64,000 nucleotides of DNA, taken from contig JAGIQG010000004.1 in the NCBI GenBank assembly GCA_024679065.1, forward strand, positions 54,498,001 through 54,562,000, given 5' to 3'. The notes beneath the pieces are model-generated. The model was not told the DNA's origin. It made no database searches and was given only the letters and a program-made list of their open reading frames with translations. Below are positions 51,905-64,000 of the stretch, in pieces (positions within the stretch are counted from its first letter, which is position 1; each line of letters starts with the position of its first letter). The stretch is from Sphyrna mokarran (Eukaryota). The translations under genes and the position numbers were made by a program.

Positions 51905-54289
51905 CAGTAAGAAGTTTCACAACACCAGCTAAAGTCCAATAGGTTTATTTGGTAGCACAAGCTTTTGGGGTGTTGCACCTTCAGGCAAGTGAAGTGTTGT
52001 GTTCACAAACAGGGCATACATAGACAAATCCAATTTACAAGAAAATGGTGGAAATGCATTTGTGGTGTGATGTCATGGTCACTGTTCTCCTGAAGGCTGG
52101 GTATATTGCTGCAGACAATGGTCTGTTTGAGGTTGTGCAGTTGTTTGAAAGCAAGAAGTGGTGGTGGGGTGATGGCCTTGGCAAAAATGTTTGTCTTCAA
52201 TGACATATTGAAGGCTCTGGGAAAGATATTGTAGCTTCTCTGCTCCAGGGAAGTACTGGACGAAGAAGTGTACTCTGCCTGCCATGTTCTGTGTTTGTCT
52301 TCTGAGGAGGAGGATTTTCGCTATGGCACATTGATCAACAATTCCAATGAGCCAAGTGCCATATCCTGTTCTTATGAGGATGTCTTCCAGCATCCTAGGT
52401 GCCTGTTGTGATCCTCCTCATCTGAGCAGATCCTTTGTACATGGAGGACTTGTCCATAAGGAATGGCTCCTTTAGTGTATTTAGGGTGGAAGCTGGAGAA
52501 GGTGCAGCATCATGAGGTTATCAATGGGCTTGCAGTATAATGAAGTGTTGAGGTGACCATCCTTAATGGAGGTGCATGTGTCCAAGAATGCAACTGGCTC
52601 CTGAGAGTAATCCATGGTGAGTCTAATGGTGGGATAGAATTTGATATCATGTAGTTGTTTTTAGTGATTGTTTGCCATGGAGTCCAAAGGAAGAAAATGT
52701 CAATCGATGTATAGCATAGGTTGAAGGTCCTTTGCAGAGAAGAGGTCTTGTTTGAACCTGTGCATGAAGATGTTGGCATATTGAGGTGTGAATTTGGTCC
52801 CCATGGCAGTTGCATGTGGATGAAGAACTGGTTGCTGAAGATGAAGACGTGGTCCAGGATGAAACAGATGAATTGTAGAATTGCATCTGGAGATTGGCAT
52901 TTGTCAATGCTGAGTACTGAGGCAGTTGCAGCAATGCCATCATTGTGGGGGATGCTGGTATAGAGTGCCAAGACATTCATTGTGATGAGTGCTCCTGATT
53001 GAATTGCTTCATGTATGCTGAGTTTGTTATAAGTCTGTAGTGTCATGACACAAGCTGGGGGTTCTTTGTACAATGGGTTTCAGGATGCCCTCGATGCAGC
53101 CTGAGGGGTTCTTACACAGGGTCCCATTGCCTGACACAGTGGGACTGTTGGGTGTGTTAGCCTTGTGTATCTTCAGGAGACAGTAGAGATCTCCAGTACT
53201 GGGAGTACACGCAATGAGAACAAAGGGTGTTCTGAAGGTCTGGATCAAAGATCTTGATCAGTCTGTTGAGTTGATGCATGTGTTTATTGATTGGATCTGC
53301 CAGTAACTGTCTGTAATGTTTCTCGTTGGTACAGTTCTTTGCAGTAATCCATTCTGTTCAATATAACAATGGCTCCTCCTTTGTCTGCTGGCTTGATGTC
53401 AATGTTGTGGTTGGTCTTCAGAGCCTGGATAGCATTGCCTCTGCTTGGGGCTATTTTGTGACTGTGGCTGATGAATCTGACATTGATGCACCTCCTGACA
53501 GCATGGACATACATGTTGAGTCATGAACAGCAGCCTTCTGGTTCATTGTGTTCCAACCCCAAGAGGCCAACAGTGAACACAAGATGTACTGAATCATTGA
53601 CATGGATACCATCATCTCACATGAGAACACCATCCACCAGGTACATACTCTTATGACTCGGCCAATGTTGTCTACCTGATATGTTGCAGGAAAGGATGTC
53701 CCGAGGCATGGTACATTGGTGAGACCATGGAGACACTATGACAACAGATGAACGAACACTGCTTGACAATCACCAGGCAGGAATGTTCTCTTCCTGTTGG
53801 GGAAACACTTCAGTGGTCATGTGCATTCAGCCTCTGATCTTCAGGTAAGTGTTCTCCAAGATGGCCTTCACACCACACAACATTGAATTGCGAAGCAAAA
53901 GCTGATAGCCAAATTTCACACATGAGAATAGCCTCAACTGGGATCTTGGGTTCACATTATCTGTACATATTATCTGTAACCCCCATGACTTGCAAAGTCT
54001 CACTAACTGTCCTGGCTGGAAACAATTCACATACTCTTTCACCTGTGCCTAACCCTCTCTCCACTCGCATTGTCTGTACCTGTGAAGACTTCAATACCTG
54101 TAAAGACTCACATGCCAACTATCATCTTGTAAATTGAATTTGTATCTATGTATGCCCTGTTTGTGAACAACTTTATTCACCTGAAGGAGCGACACTCCGA
54201 AAGCTTGTTCTGCCAAATAAACCTGCTGGACTTTAACCTGGTTTTGTGAAACTTCATACTATGCCTATCCCAGTCCAACACCACATCAC
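51905..54289. mobile_element. Penelope-like retroelement with internal inversion (RT on -, GIY-YIG on +)
   Basis: IKPADKGGAIVI, ALYTSIPH, AMGTKFTPQYANIFM (-); DSANVVYLICC...YIGET (+, ~53650-53730); inverted terminal repeats; 11-bp TSD TGTTAATAGTA at 51894-51904 and 54290-54300. Confidence 0.92.
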
Positions 54290-55527
54290 TGTTAATAGTA
54301 GCAAAGACCAAATTGGTGACTATAACCCCACTTGCGACCACTGGGAGTGCACCATGTCATCATTTGTGTCTGAATGAGGAAATGGCAGTTGCCATTGCAG
54401 TGATGATTCATGGTCTCCAACTGTGTCAGCACTGCCCCAGTCTGAACTTTAGGTGGTGCTAAAAGCAAAGCAAAATACCTCAAATGCTGGCATTCAGACA
54501 AAAAACAGACAGACGTTGTCAGAAAAACTTGTTTTGTCACATCCATAGCGAGATAAAACTGAAGTAACGTTCCAAGTCTTTTTGGCTCTTCTTCAGAATT
54601 AGAGGAGGGAAAATGTGTTGGATATTATATTGTAAAAGGGGAGTTGAATAGTTAGAACAGTGATGGGTGACAGTTGGGAGAGATTGCAATAAAAATGTAG
54701 CAAATTTAAGAACAAGAGACATAAGGCCTGGGGAACGGGGAGAGAGTCATTTTGTATTGCGATATATGGGATGAAAATAAAGAGATTAAGGTGGAGGAGA
54801 TGGCCTAGTGATATTATTGCCAGACTATTAATCCAGAAACTCAGCTAATGTCCTGGGGAATCGATATTTTAATCCTGCCACAGCAAATGGTGGAATTTGA
54901 ATTCAATAAAAGGTATCTGGAACTAAGAATCTATGAAACCATAGCTGATTATCAGAAAAATCTACTCGTCTTTAGGGAAGGAAGTCTGTTATCCTTACCA
55001 GTGACTCCAGAGCCACAGCAATGTGGTTCACTCTAAGCTGCTTTCTGAAGTGTCCTAGCAAGCCATTCAGATCAAGGGCGATTAGAGATGGGCAATAAAT
55101 GCTGTCTCAGCCAGTGACGTCTATGTCCTACAAATGAATGAAAAAAGATCAAAGTTGAGCCCCGAGGTGCTGCTCCTCCAGCTTGCATTGGGCCTCACTG
55201 CAGCAGGCCAATGATGGACAAGTGGGTAATGACAGCAAGGAGCCGAGTTGCAATGGCGAACAGGATGGTTAAGGTTATGCTTGCAGATTGATCGAAAAAA
55301 GGTGTTCTGCAAAGCAGTCACCTAGACTGTGTTTAGTTTCCCCAATGTGAAGAGTATTGCATTTCGAACAGTGAAAACAGCAGAAGAGGAGGCTAGAAGA
55401 GCATCACATCTTCCAACTAGGCAGTCTACTACACTCAGGATTGAACATTGAGTTCGAGAATTGTAGATTGTGACCTCTCGCTCCATCTTCATTGACATTC
55501 GTTCCTTGACATTCTTTGCTTTTCTTT

Positions 55528-55642
55528 AGATGGCGCTGTTGCGGGAGTGTGTGGTGAGCCGGGTGTTGCCGGGAAATGTAGTTCTAGGTGAGGCAGAGGC
55601 TGGCGGTGCCACAGGGTTTAGAACGGCAGCTCCGGCGTAGGA
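55528..55642 (+). promoter_or_regulatory. OGFOD1 CpG-rich promoter/5'UTR with ZNF143(Staf)/THAP11-type motif
   Basis: GTTGCCGGGAAATGTAGTTC at 55565-55584 is the reverse complement of GAACTACATTTCCCGGCAAC (ACTACAnnTCCC motif); YY1-like AGATGGCG near 55528. Confidence 0.6.
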
Positions 55643-55796
55643 ATGAGCTCCAAGAGGTTACGGAGTGATCCGGTGTGTGGAGTTGGTGGGAAGCGATCGC
55701 TAAAGCAGCAGGAGTCTGCAGAACTCAACCCGGTGCTGCTGGAAGTGAAGGAGCGAGTGAGCGAGGCCTGGAGCCGGAGGCTCGAGTACTCACATG
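55643..55796 (+). CDS. OGFOD1: OGFOD1 exon 1 coding part
   Basis: ATG at 55643 in a CpG-rich segment; CATG|gtgagg donor, phase 1. Confidence 0.9.
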
Positions 55797-58700
55797 GTGA
55801 GGATCAGCAAGGGGTATGGGGGCTGGGACAAGGGGCTGAAGCTCTTGGAAGATTGGAAAGCGGCCAGTCAGATAATCCAAGGCCGGAGAAATAATTCTAG
55901 TGCCAGTTTAAGTCAGTTGTTGGGCTCTTGTGTTAATCAGGAGATCAAGGAGCGCATAATCTACTGCCAAAGCCGTGCGGGAGCGGGGAAACCCTGCATT
56001 GGCGGAGTACAGTCTTTCGGAAGGCGCGTTGGCCCAAATTTTGGGATAATAGCGGCAACTAAACTGTCAGCATTAATAAAAACTATATTTCAGAAATATA
56101 GGCAATGTTTGATATCAATATGTATGTAGTTATATCTGGAAATCGGAGAGTTTCTGCGACCATTTCCATACTTACCCATAGGGTGCGCTGTTGAAATTTC
56201 CGAGGCTGTAAGCAAATAGAAATCACTGAATCGACAGATTTGTACCACTTTGTAATTCATCTTGCTGTAAAAAAAATCTTTCACACTTTGTTGAATGACG
56301 TGTAAGTGAGGTTTCTGCGATTTTTTTCATGCTCAAAATTACTGCTGTGAGAAACGCCGCTCAGGATCAAACAATTTAGTCGAGTCAAGTTCCGAAGGAG
56401 CAAGACATTTTGTTTAACGTTCTTGCAAGACCAGGTGTCCAAAAGATAGGCACACCTTACATCGAGTTTGAGCAAGCATTTTATACTATTTCTACAAGCA
56501 TATTAATCAATTACACAATACGTTGTTCTCCCCTAATTGGTGGTTTTTGTCCCACTAGTGTGTGGTCAATCCCCTATTGGCTCATGGTGCCCCACGTTCC
56601 TGTCCCCTCTACTCCCCTTCTAACCATGTTTCCCGTTATCGCAGGAGTGTGATTTGTAGTGTTGATGCAATATCCTTCCTCATGGGAACTCATCTGTCTT
56701 ATCTAGGACTGTTAACGTGTCCAGTTCAGACCGGCTGTAATCAATCTTCTGCTAACTTAATTACTGATGTCCCAACTATCTCAGTGACCATCATCCCCCT
56801 GTAATTAGGAAACATGCTCAGTTGCAGAAACAACAAATCTTGCTTATCATTTGTCTCACAATCTGAATCTGGTACATTCCTACAGAATGTGGTGTAAGTG
56901 CCCTACTGCACACTGCACATCTGGTGTTATTCTTACACAATAGGCAGTTTCTTTACTGTCCTTGACCATTGTTCTGTTAGCATCAATGAGTTCTATATCC
57001 TGTGTTTGTGACTAAAATCACAGTTGTTCCCATAATGTGGTTTGGCAATGTGCCTGACTATATCCAATCTACCTAACTTTAGGCTATTTCTCTATGATGT
57101 GCAGATATATGTGTTAACAGCATCTTTACCTGTTGTTTACACTGCTGAACAATGTGGAAACTGATTTTGTATTTATGGAATGTTAAATTTCTTTTTTATG
57201 ATTAATATAATTTTAAATTGAAAAAGTTGATTATATTTTGGTTTCTGTCGTAATCCTGTGCTGATGTTCCAGTCATTTATTTTGCACTGCGTAAAGTTTT
57301 GATCATTGCATTTTACTCTCTAGTTTGCTCTTTGTGGTAAGTATCCAATCACAGGATCCACTATGGTAAGTAAGTATCCACAGTGATTGGATAATGACAC
57401 TTACTGTACTTAATGCAGTCACTAAGGTTGGAGTCTTTGGAGATGCGCTTGATTCAGTGTCAGATTGAGACTGAGGTCGGCAAAACAGGAGTTCATACTA
57501 CAGCAGTCTCTCAACCAATTCCACTGAAAACAAATTTAACTGGCCGTTCATCTTTCCAATCTTTTTGAGACCTTATGGTGGGAAATGCTGTTTGACTGCA
57601 TAACAATAGTAACTATGCTATGAAGGTCATTTGTGCGAGGAAAGGTAACAAGAAATTTTGCTAACTGCACGTCAATGAAATTTTGATTCTATTGTTTGTA
57701 AATGTTTTGAATGAAAGGATTAGGCATCATGGTGCAAATGTAACAGGCACTTTTGAATGGTGTAGTCTTACTAAATTTCTGTACAGTAAATGGACCAAAT
57801 ATACTGAAAAAAAATGTAGGGCAAGAAAATCACTGCAGCAGATACGAATGGGCACCCTGGAGTACAATGAAAGAAGGAAAAAGTTCACTTGCATTTATGT
57901 GATGCCTTTTCATACCCCAGAATATCCCAAAGTCTTTGACTGCCACTAAAGCAATTTTGAAATTGTGCAGGAATTCTGTAAGACCTCTTAAATATATGTT
58001 TAAATTTCAGCGTTTTTGATTCAAATGCAAACATGCTGTGAATGGACTGATTTGCACAATCTATACATTCAAACATTATTGGTCAAAAAGACAGCTTTGT
58101 ACATTCTGAAGTGTTATCTGGTCAGAAGAATTTCAGACCAAACCGGGTAGCATAAATGAGAGTACTTCTCTAATTGATATAGCAATATACAGATTGTTCT
58201 TCTTTGTCGTTTTCAGAATCTGACAATTCAACTCCCTTTTCATTCTTGCAAAGATGAAGAATGCTAAGCAAAATATTCTGTATCTATTTTATTGTAGAAA
58301 GAAGTGTTTCTTGCCAAGGTAATAACAGTGTTTTTCTTCTTTCCTCCACAGAGAAGGATTTGCAGGTGGGCAGTCAGCCGTTTACACACTGTTTGATCTC
58401 AAATTTTATCCAGAGTCAAACATTTCTGAAAGAACTTCAGACTGAGCTTCTACAGCTGAAGTTTCATGAAAAATCAAACGATCTGTATAAATTCAAGCAG
58501 GTGAGAAACCAAAGCCCAACAGCTGATCTAAACTGACACTGGAATTATTTCTTCAGCCTTGGATTATCTGACTGGCCGCTTTACAATCTTCCAAGAGCTT
58601 CAGTCCTTATCCCAAGCCCCATACCCCTTGTTAACCCTCACCGTGTGAGTACTCGAGTATTAAAGGGAAGGTTTGTGTGGAAAGAGATAACAGGAAATTT

Positions 58701-61700
58701 TGCTAACTGCACATCAATAAAATTGTTTGTAAACTGTATTGAGTGAAAGGATCAGGTATCATGCTACAAATGCAAACAGGTATTTTTGAATGGTGTAATG
58801 TTAAGGGATTTGTGTACAACAAATGGATCAGATATACTGGAGAGATGTAAGGCAAGAGAATCACTGCATAACAGAGAGGAATGGCACACTAGAGTTAGAT
58901 GAAAGAAGGAAAAAGTTAACTTGCATTTATGGGATGCCTTTTCACATCCCAGAACATGCCAAAATCTTTTACTACCACTAACGCAATTTTGAAATATTGT
59001 CAATGAGTAATGTAGGAAGGCTGTTATGCGGCAGAATTCTTGGAAGGACACAGCTTGAAGTGATCCTAGTGCAAGAGCAATCCTGAAAAGATGTCAGGTG
59101 AAGTGATTCTTGTGCAGAAAACATATTTGAAATCCACCAGAAAAGGTGATCTCTTGTGAAGGAGCCTTTCCAGAATGATATAGGACAAGTAAATTATTTG
59201 TCAATCCACTTACAATTGCAAATATCAATTTAAGTCTCTTGGAATAGGCCATAGATTGCGCTCATCTTTTAATGTCTGAGTAATTACTGATGTAGTCAAT
59301 GGAGATGGAGTGGGGAAAAAAATAACCAAGTTCCATTTTGTGATACATGAAATCTGCAGCTCCAGTGTGATGTAATTATGGAAGTAAATATTTACACTGA
59401 GCTGGCAAAGGGTGATAATCAGAAATAATTGAATTTTTAGACATCAGTAATCAAATGGAGCTAATAAGGGAAAGGTATATTTTTAGGCAGAGTTAACATA
59501 TTGAGATTCTAAGTATGAATATTGTGTTTTTTTTTCCCTTTTTCACAGTCCGATGACCTGCGAAAGGAAAAAGGATATCATATCTCAGCATTAAGGTGAG
59601 TTTGTGTGAATCCATCTTTTCTGAGCTTGCTCAGGGCAAAATTTGAACCAGATTATTGGACTGAAAAATTTTGTATTTTCATGCATGTTTAATTTGTTGC
59701 AGCACTGATTTTCAGTTGAGTTTTTTTTCCAGTGTGCTTTGTGTATGCTGAGCAGCTGAGATGGACATCTCTGTGAGCAAGCTGCTGCTGCGTACTGAGG
59801 TGAAATGTAATAGAAATGTTAGCTGCAAGATTCACTGGCAAAAAATGAACTCAATTTTTAATATTGAATTCAACTAAGCCATCTTGCTGTGCAGAAGCAT
59901 ATTTATTGTTGTTTTTATTAAGTTCACGACTTCTTAGACTGACATTTACTTTTGTGTAAACTCTGGGAATCCCATGTAACTATTTCCTACTTTTTTAAAA
60001 GAAAAGTTTTCTCGTTTTGTTTGCTCTCATTCTAGTACTTTGTTTCTAAGACTGATTATAATTAAATTCATCTCCATCATGCAGATTCGATTAATCCTTG
60101 CCCTTATTGCTGTAGGTATATTTTTCTTTACTCTTTCATGGGGTATGGATTTGGTTAGAAAGGCGAGATGTTAATGTCCATCGTTAATCGTCCTTGAACT
60201 AGCTAGCTTGCTGGACCATTTTAGCGGCATTTAAGAGTCAGCATATTCCAGTGGATCTGGATTCACAAGTAGGTCAAACCAGATAATGATTTCCTTCTGC
60301 CAAAGGGCATTAGTGAACAGATGAGTTTTTACAGCATTCAGTGACAATTGCTATGGGCACCAACTAGCTTTGCATTCTAGTTTATTAACTGAGTATAAAT
60401 TCCATCAACTGCTGTGCTGGGACTTAAAGCTATGTCCACTGAATATTAGCCTGGGTCTCTGGATTAGTCCTGTGATGTGACCACTTGCTACTATTCCTCT
60501 TACTGATGGTGATTGTGGCTCTGGCCAAGCCTCATACACTTTATCATGGTCTCTCCAAATGTTTACTGACAGACCCTGAATCATATTTCCTTTTTGAAAC
60601 ATTCACTGATGGTCTTACTGCCATGTTGTACTGTGTTCCCTCCAACACTTTCAGTGAGTAAACTGTTCATAACACAAGGTAATGCAAAAGAAAATCCTTT
60701 CCACTTAGTCTGTGAGCACTGACCAATATTTTAATAACTATAACATTTGTATTTCGCTGCTATTGCCTAGCACATTATCAAAACATAAAGAAATATTCAT
60801 GAATGACTTTTCCACAGTACATTTCAAAGAGCAACACAGCACGGGAAACAGGCCCTTCGGCCCAACGAGCCCGTGCCGCCGTCATAACTTTATAGTAACA
60901 ATTCCATTTTCTTATTCTAATTTTAGGTTATTCCTAATATGGAAGAATCTCAATATAGGGTCAATTTGTTTCCCAATCAGCCTAAGAGCGAATTTTTGGG
61001 ATGTGGGAGGAAACCGGAGCGCCCGGAGAAAACCCACGCAACCACGGGGAGAACGCGCAAACTCCCGCAGACACCGGCCCAATTCCAAGTGCCTGCACAG
61101 CTACAGCGATAGTCACTGAGCTGTCATGCTGCCCTTCAGATGGTCCAGATAAAGCACTCATTTACGACATGAAGCACCAGGCAACCCATGAATCAACATC
61201 CAAGAGCTGTCCTCGCACCACCTGCCGAATGCATGCTCCTTGTTGGTCAAGTTGGACCGAATTACCTGTGGGGAAAAAAAAAGTCATAGTTAAACAGTCC
61301 TACTATATCCCTCTATCTGCATACCGCTCATGTGGCTGTCCAAGAGACCCTTAAACAGCCCTAGCGTGCCTGCTCCCACCACCTTACTCGGCAGTGCATT
61401 CCACACCCCCACTACCCTTTTGTGTGAAAAACTGCCCTCTAATATTCGTCTTATACATAGCCCCCCTCACCCTAAGGCTATGACCCCTCGTCCTATCCAT
61501 TTCTGAAGGTGGAAAAAGTTTACCACCATTTACTCTATCTATACCCCTTATAATCTTATACACCTCTATTAGTTCCCCTCTAAGCCGACGTCTTTCAAGG
61601 GAAAACAATCCCAGTCTATTCAATCGTTCCTCATAAGACAGTCCTTCCATACCAGGCAGCATCCTGGTAAATTCTCTGACACTTTGTGCAAAATTGTGAT

Positions 61701-62939
61701 GATTCCGTGTAAGAAGGTTTGAAGGTGGCACTGGGAAGAAACTTGGAAATTAGGACATCAAGTCAATGAGCCAAAGTGCTCTGAGGGCAGGAGGGTGAAC
61801 ATATGCAGTATCTACTCATCTAGTAGTGCTTCCAAGGATGCCTGTCCTCACGTTCACCTTTTTACCTGAGGAGCAACCACCTCTCTCATTGGGCCTTCTG
61901 GCCTTCCAAAGCTGCAGGCTATCTAAATGGGCCTGTCGCCTCAGGGACCTAGCAACCAGGAGATTATGAGGAGGACGTTTCCTGGTAGATCGCTCTGTAC
62001 TGAGCACTGCAGATCCATGAGGGGGTCATGACCCAAAAATGGTCCCAACTTCTAAAAATAAACAATCACTGGAAGATTCTGTCCATTATTTTAAGCAATT
62101 TGATAGGAATGAGGGGGCACATCCAATACTTTTAATGATTGATAGATCCTCTTCTTTTTTCCTTTATGGACCCTTTTATATTTCATCTAAATGTGCAGCA
62201 GCAGATTTAATTGGCCCTGTCTGATGCATTCAGCAAGGAGAAAATGTAGCACGTGATGTGATGCTAATCACTGGTTAACCTAAGATCATTGAGAAAGAAA
62301 GATGGCACAATACAGTCAACTTCATACCACGTTCTTAGTTTGGCAAGATAGGGAATTGTAGATGGTTTGGAATAGCTCTCTAACCAGCAGGGTGAATGTG
62401 TGCATTATCAATCACTTACCAAATTGTTCATTTTTGAGACTTCTGATCTGTTTATTGGGATCATAAAATTACCACCTCTTTAAATGGAATGAATGCTTAT
62501 TTGACCACTTTGCGCAATATTCATTCAGGATTTGCTAACATTTATGTGCTGTAAAAACTTTGCCCTTCATTTGTGGGGATGAAAGTCGGAAAGTTGGTTG
62601 AACTTAAAATTTGCTGCATAGTATTCTTGTTTGAAAAGGGCATTATATCATACTTCACTGAGATGCCGATATTGGTATAAACCTTTGTTCTAATTAGGTA
62701 CGCAGTGAAGTAAAGTATTTCAATTATAGTATCTACATTTCTCCTGTAGAATGTTTCTCCCTGTTTAAATTTTGTAAAATTTGTAATCTAATTTTGATTA
62801 ATGATGATTCAGTCACTCTCTTGATTTTCTCTTCCCAGGAAGTTTCTTTTTGAAGACTTTCGTACATGGTTGTCAGATATTGCTGGTGTAAAACTGGAAA
62901 GTACAGTGGATATGTCCTGTGCTAAATATGAATACACAG
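55643..62939 (+). CDS. OGFOD1: OGFOD1 (ribosomal prolyl 3-hydroxylase), coding exons 1-4; gene continues beyond the window
   Basis: Spliced translation MSSKR...[112 protein letters not shown] matches the vertebrate OGFOD1 N-terminus as recalled ([32 protein letters not shown]). Confidence 0.95.
55781..58657. repeat. Local inverted duplication: arms 55781-~55930 and ~58510-58657
   Basis: 58510-58657 is the reverse complement, with scattered substitutions, of the last 16 nt of exon 1 plus the start of intron 1. Confidence 0.9.
57622..59000 (+). repeat. Local direct duplication: ~57622-57966 and ~58667-59000
   Basis: Shared blocks gaaattttgctaactgcac, ttttgaatggtgta, aagagaa/aaaatcactgca, cttgcatttatg and gcaattttgaaat occur in the same order on both sides of exon 2. 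Confidence 0.85.
58352..58500 (+). CDS. OGFOD1: OGFOD1 exon 2
   Basis: ttcctccacag|AG...CAG|gtgaga, 149 nt. Confidence 0.95.
59549..59595 (+). CDS. OGFOD1: OGFOD1 exon 3
   Basis: tttcacag|TCCGAT...TTAAG|gtgagt, 47 nt. Confidence 0.95.
60825..61680 (-). mobile_element. 5'-truncated CR1 LINE, same family as 1-1780
   Basis: [40 protein letters not shown] plus the shared long 3'UTR. Confidence 0.92.
62839..62939 (+). CDS. OGFOD1: OGFOD1 exon 4
   Basis: cttcccag|GAAG...ACAG|gtatgc, 101 nt. Confidence 0.95.
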
Positions 62940-63492
62940 GTATGCAACATCAATTCAAAAATGTTTTTGCATTGGATATATTACATGCATACCATTTTAC
63001 TGGGTGCAGTATGTACTGTATTACACTGGTGTTATTGCACATGTGATATCACCCTGGCACTTGTTTTATATTGAAGCAATTACATATATGACATTTCACA
63101 AGCATCATGATAGCCATAGGGGACATTATTGTACAAACAGACATTGGAAATACTTCATGATATCAGATATCACACTTGCAATGTCAAATACCCGGGGAAT
63201 GTTGCATATCTGGTCTATGAAAACTATAGTACACTCAAAAGATAATGCATGATATTCTTAAGTTAACCCAAAAAATATTGCAGACGATGAAATTATTTGT
63301 CTTAGCCGTAAAGATGGTCTTTAATATTATAATTGTTTTCCTAGTTTCAAATTTATTTTGGATGCTATGTTTAATGAATTAGATGTGCTTAAAGAAAAGC
63401 ACAGTCCACACCTGATGCACTTTAAATGTGTTCTTGATGGTTATAAATAACTGAACTCCAGAGGAATAAGAAATCTTTTCAAGAGATATAAA

Positions 63493-64000
63493 GAGCGATT
63501 TTCCCAAAAAAAAGTTTTAAATGCTGAATTTGTGGGAAACTCATGTAAACCAGGATTGTTTTTTCAGTGGGAGTTCAAACTCGAATCTCCCACACTCTGC
63601 ACACTGCAAAAGTCACAATCATGAATATCATTAAAAGCTCGGAGGGTAGTGCTTATTCACGCCAGAGTCTGACAGTTCCAGCAGAGACCCCAAACTGTCA
63701 ACCTCCCATTTACTGGCCAGCTCGGAACCCCTGCAATGCTGCCCCTCCATCATCCCCTCCTCCTCTCCACAGCACGATCATGGCCTCCACAAACATATCC
63801 AGGTCAACTCTGTCCATCTCCAGGCCTGCCCCCAGCCTGCCCCAGTCACTGACCTCTCTCCAGTCCCAACCAATCCTCATCCAGAATGGCAGCGACACCT
63901 TCCACTGCCACTGCCCCTAAGCCTTGTCTCCTCAGCACTACTGTGCTTAGTTGGCAGTGCGATGGTGCCCCTGGACATGGGCATTTTGCCTTGTTTCCAG
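63493..64000. mobile_element. Copy of the 3293-4353 MITE family in the opposite orientation, cut by the window edge
   Basis: cgattttccc...gctgaatttgtgggaaa...ctcgaatctc...gcaaaagt is the reverse complement of 4150-4350. Confidence 0.65.

Larger units (their letters stand above)
40414..54458 (-). pseudogene. Unidentified decayed multi-exon gene or lncRNA divergent from OGFOD1
   Basis: Exon-like blocks: 54458-51782 (281 nt after removing the Penelope insert), 46445-46382, 41802-41633 and 40598-40414. Phases chain 0->2->0->2, the two middle blocks are open, and two splice sites look mutated. Confidence 0.5.

Noticed and set aside
1-64000. CRISPR arrays, operons or other prokaryotic systems
   Set aside because: No regularly spaced repeats; the sequence is intron-containing vertebrate DNA

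Overview
Eukaryotic vertebrate DNA, almost certainly a shark or other elasmobranch, judged by the dense CR1 LINEs, HE1-type SINEs, Penelope elements and Harbinger elements. The supplied ORF track is mostly noise because the real genes are spliced; the models below come from manual splice-aware reading. (1) An intact minus-strand gene (19448->7772) encodes a ~347-351 aa type I receptor: split leader, germline-joined VJ-type Ig domain, one C1-set domain, uncharged TM and a tail with four tyrosine (ITIM/ITIM-like) motifs. It resembles a non-rearranging antigen-receptor-like or SIRP-like inhibitory receptor. (2) A pseudogenised tandem paralogue (37613->34823) has the same leader-VJ-C1-TM layout but an Arg in the TM, suggesting a lost activating partner. 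(3) A chain of phase-compatible minus-strand exon remnants (54458->40414) points to an unidentified decayed gene or lncRNA divergent from OGFOD1. (4) OGFOD1 coding exons 1-4 lie on the plus strand (55643-62939), and an inverted copy of the exon-1 donor region sits just after exon 2. Most of the rest is transposon debris. No rRNA, tRNA, CRISPR or prokaryotic features were seen. All coordinates were counted by hand, and repeat boundaries are approximate.
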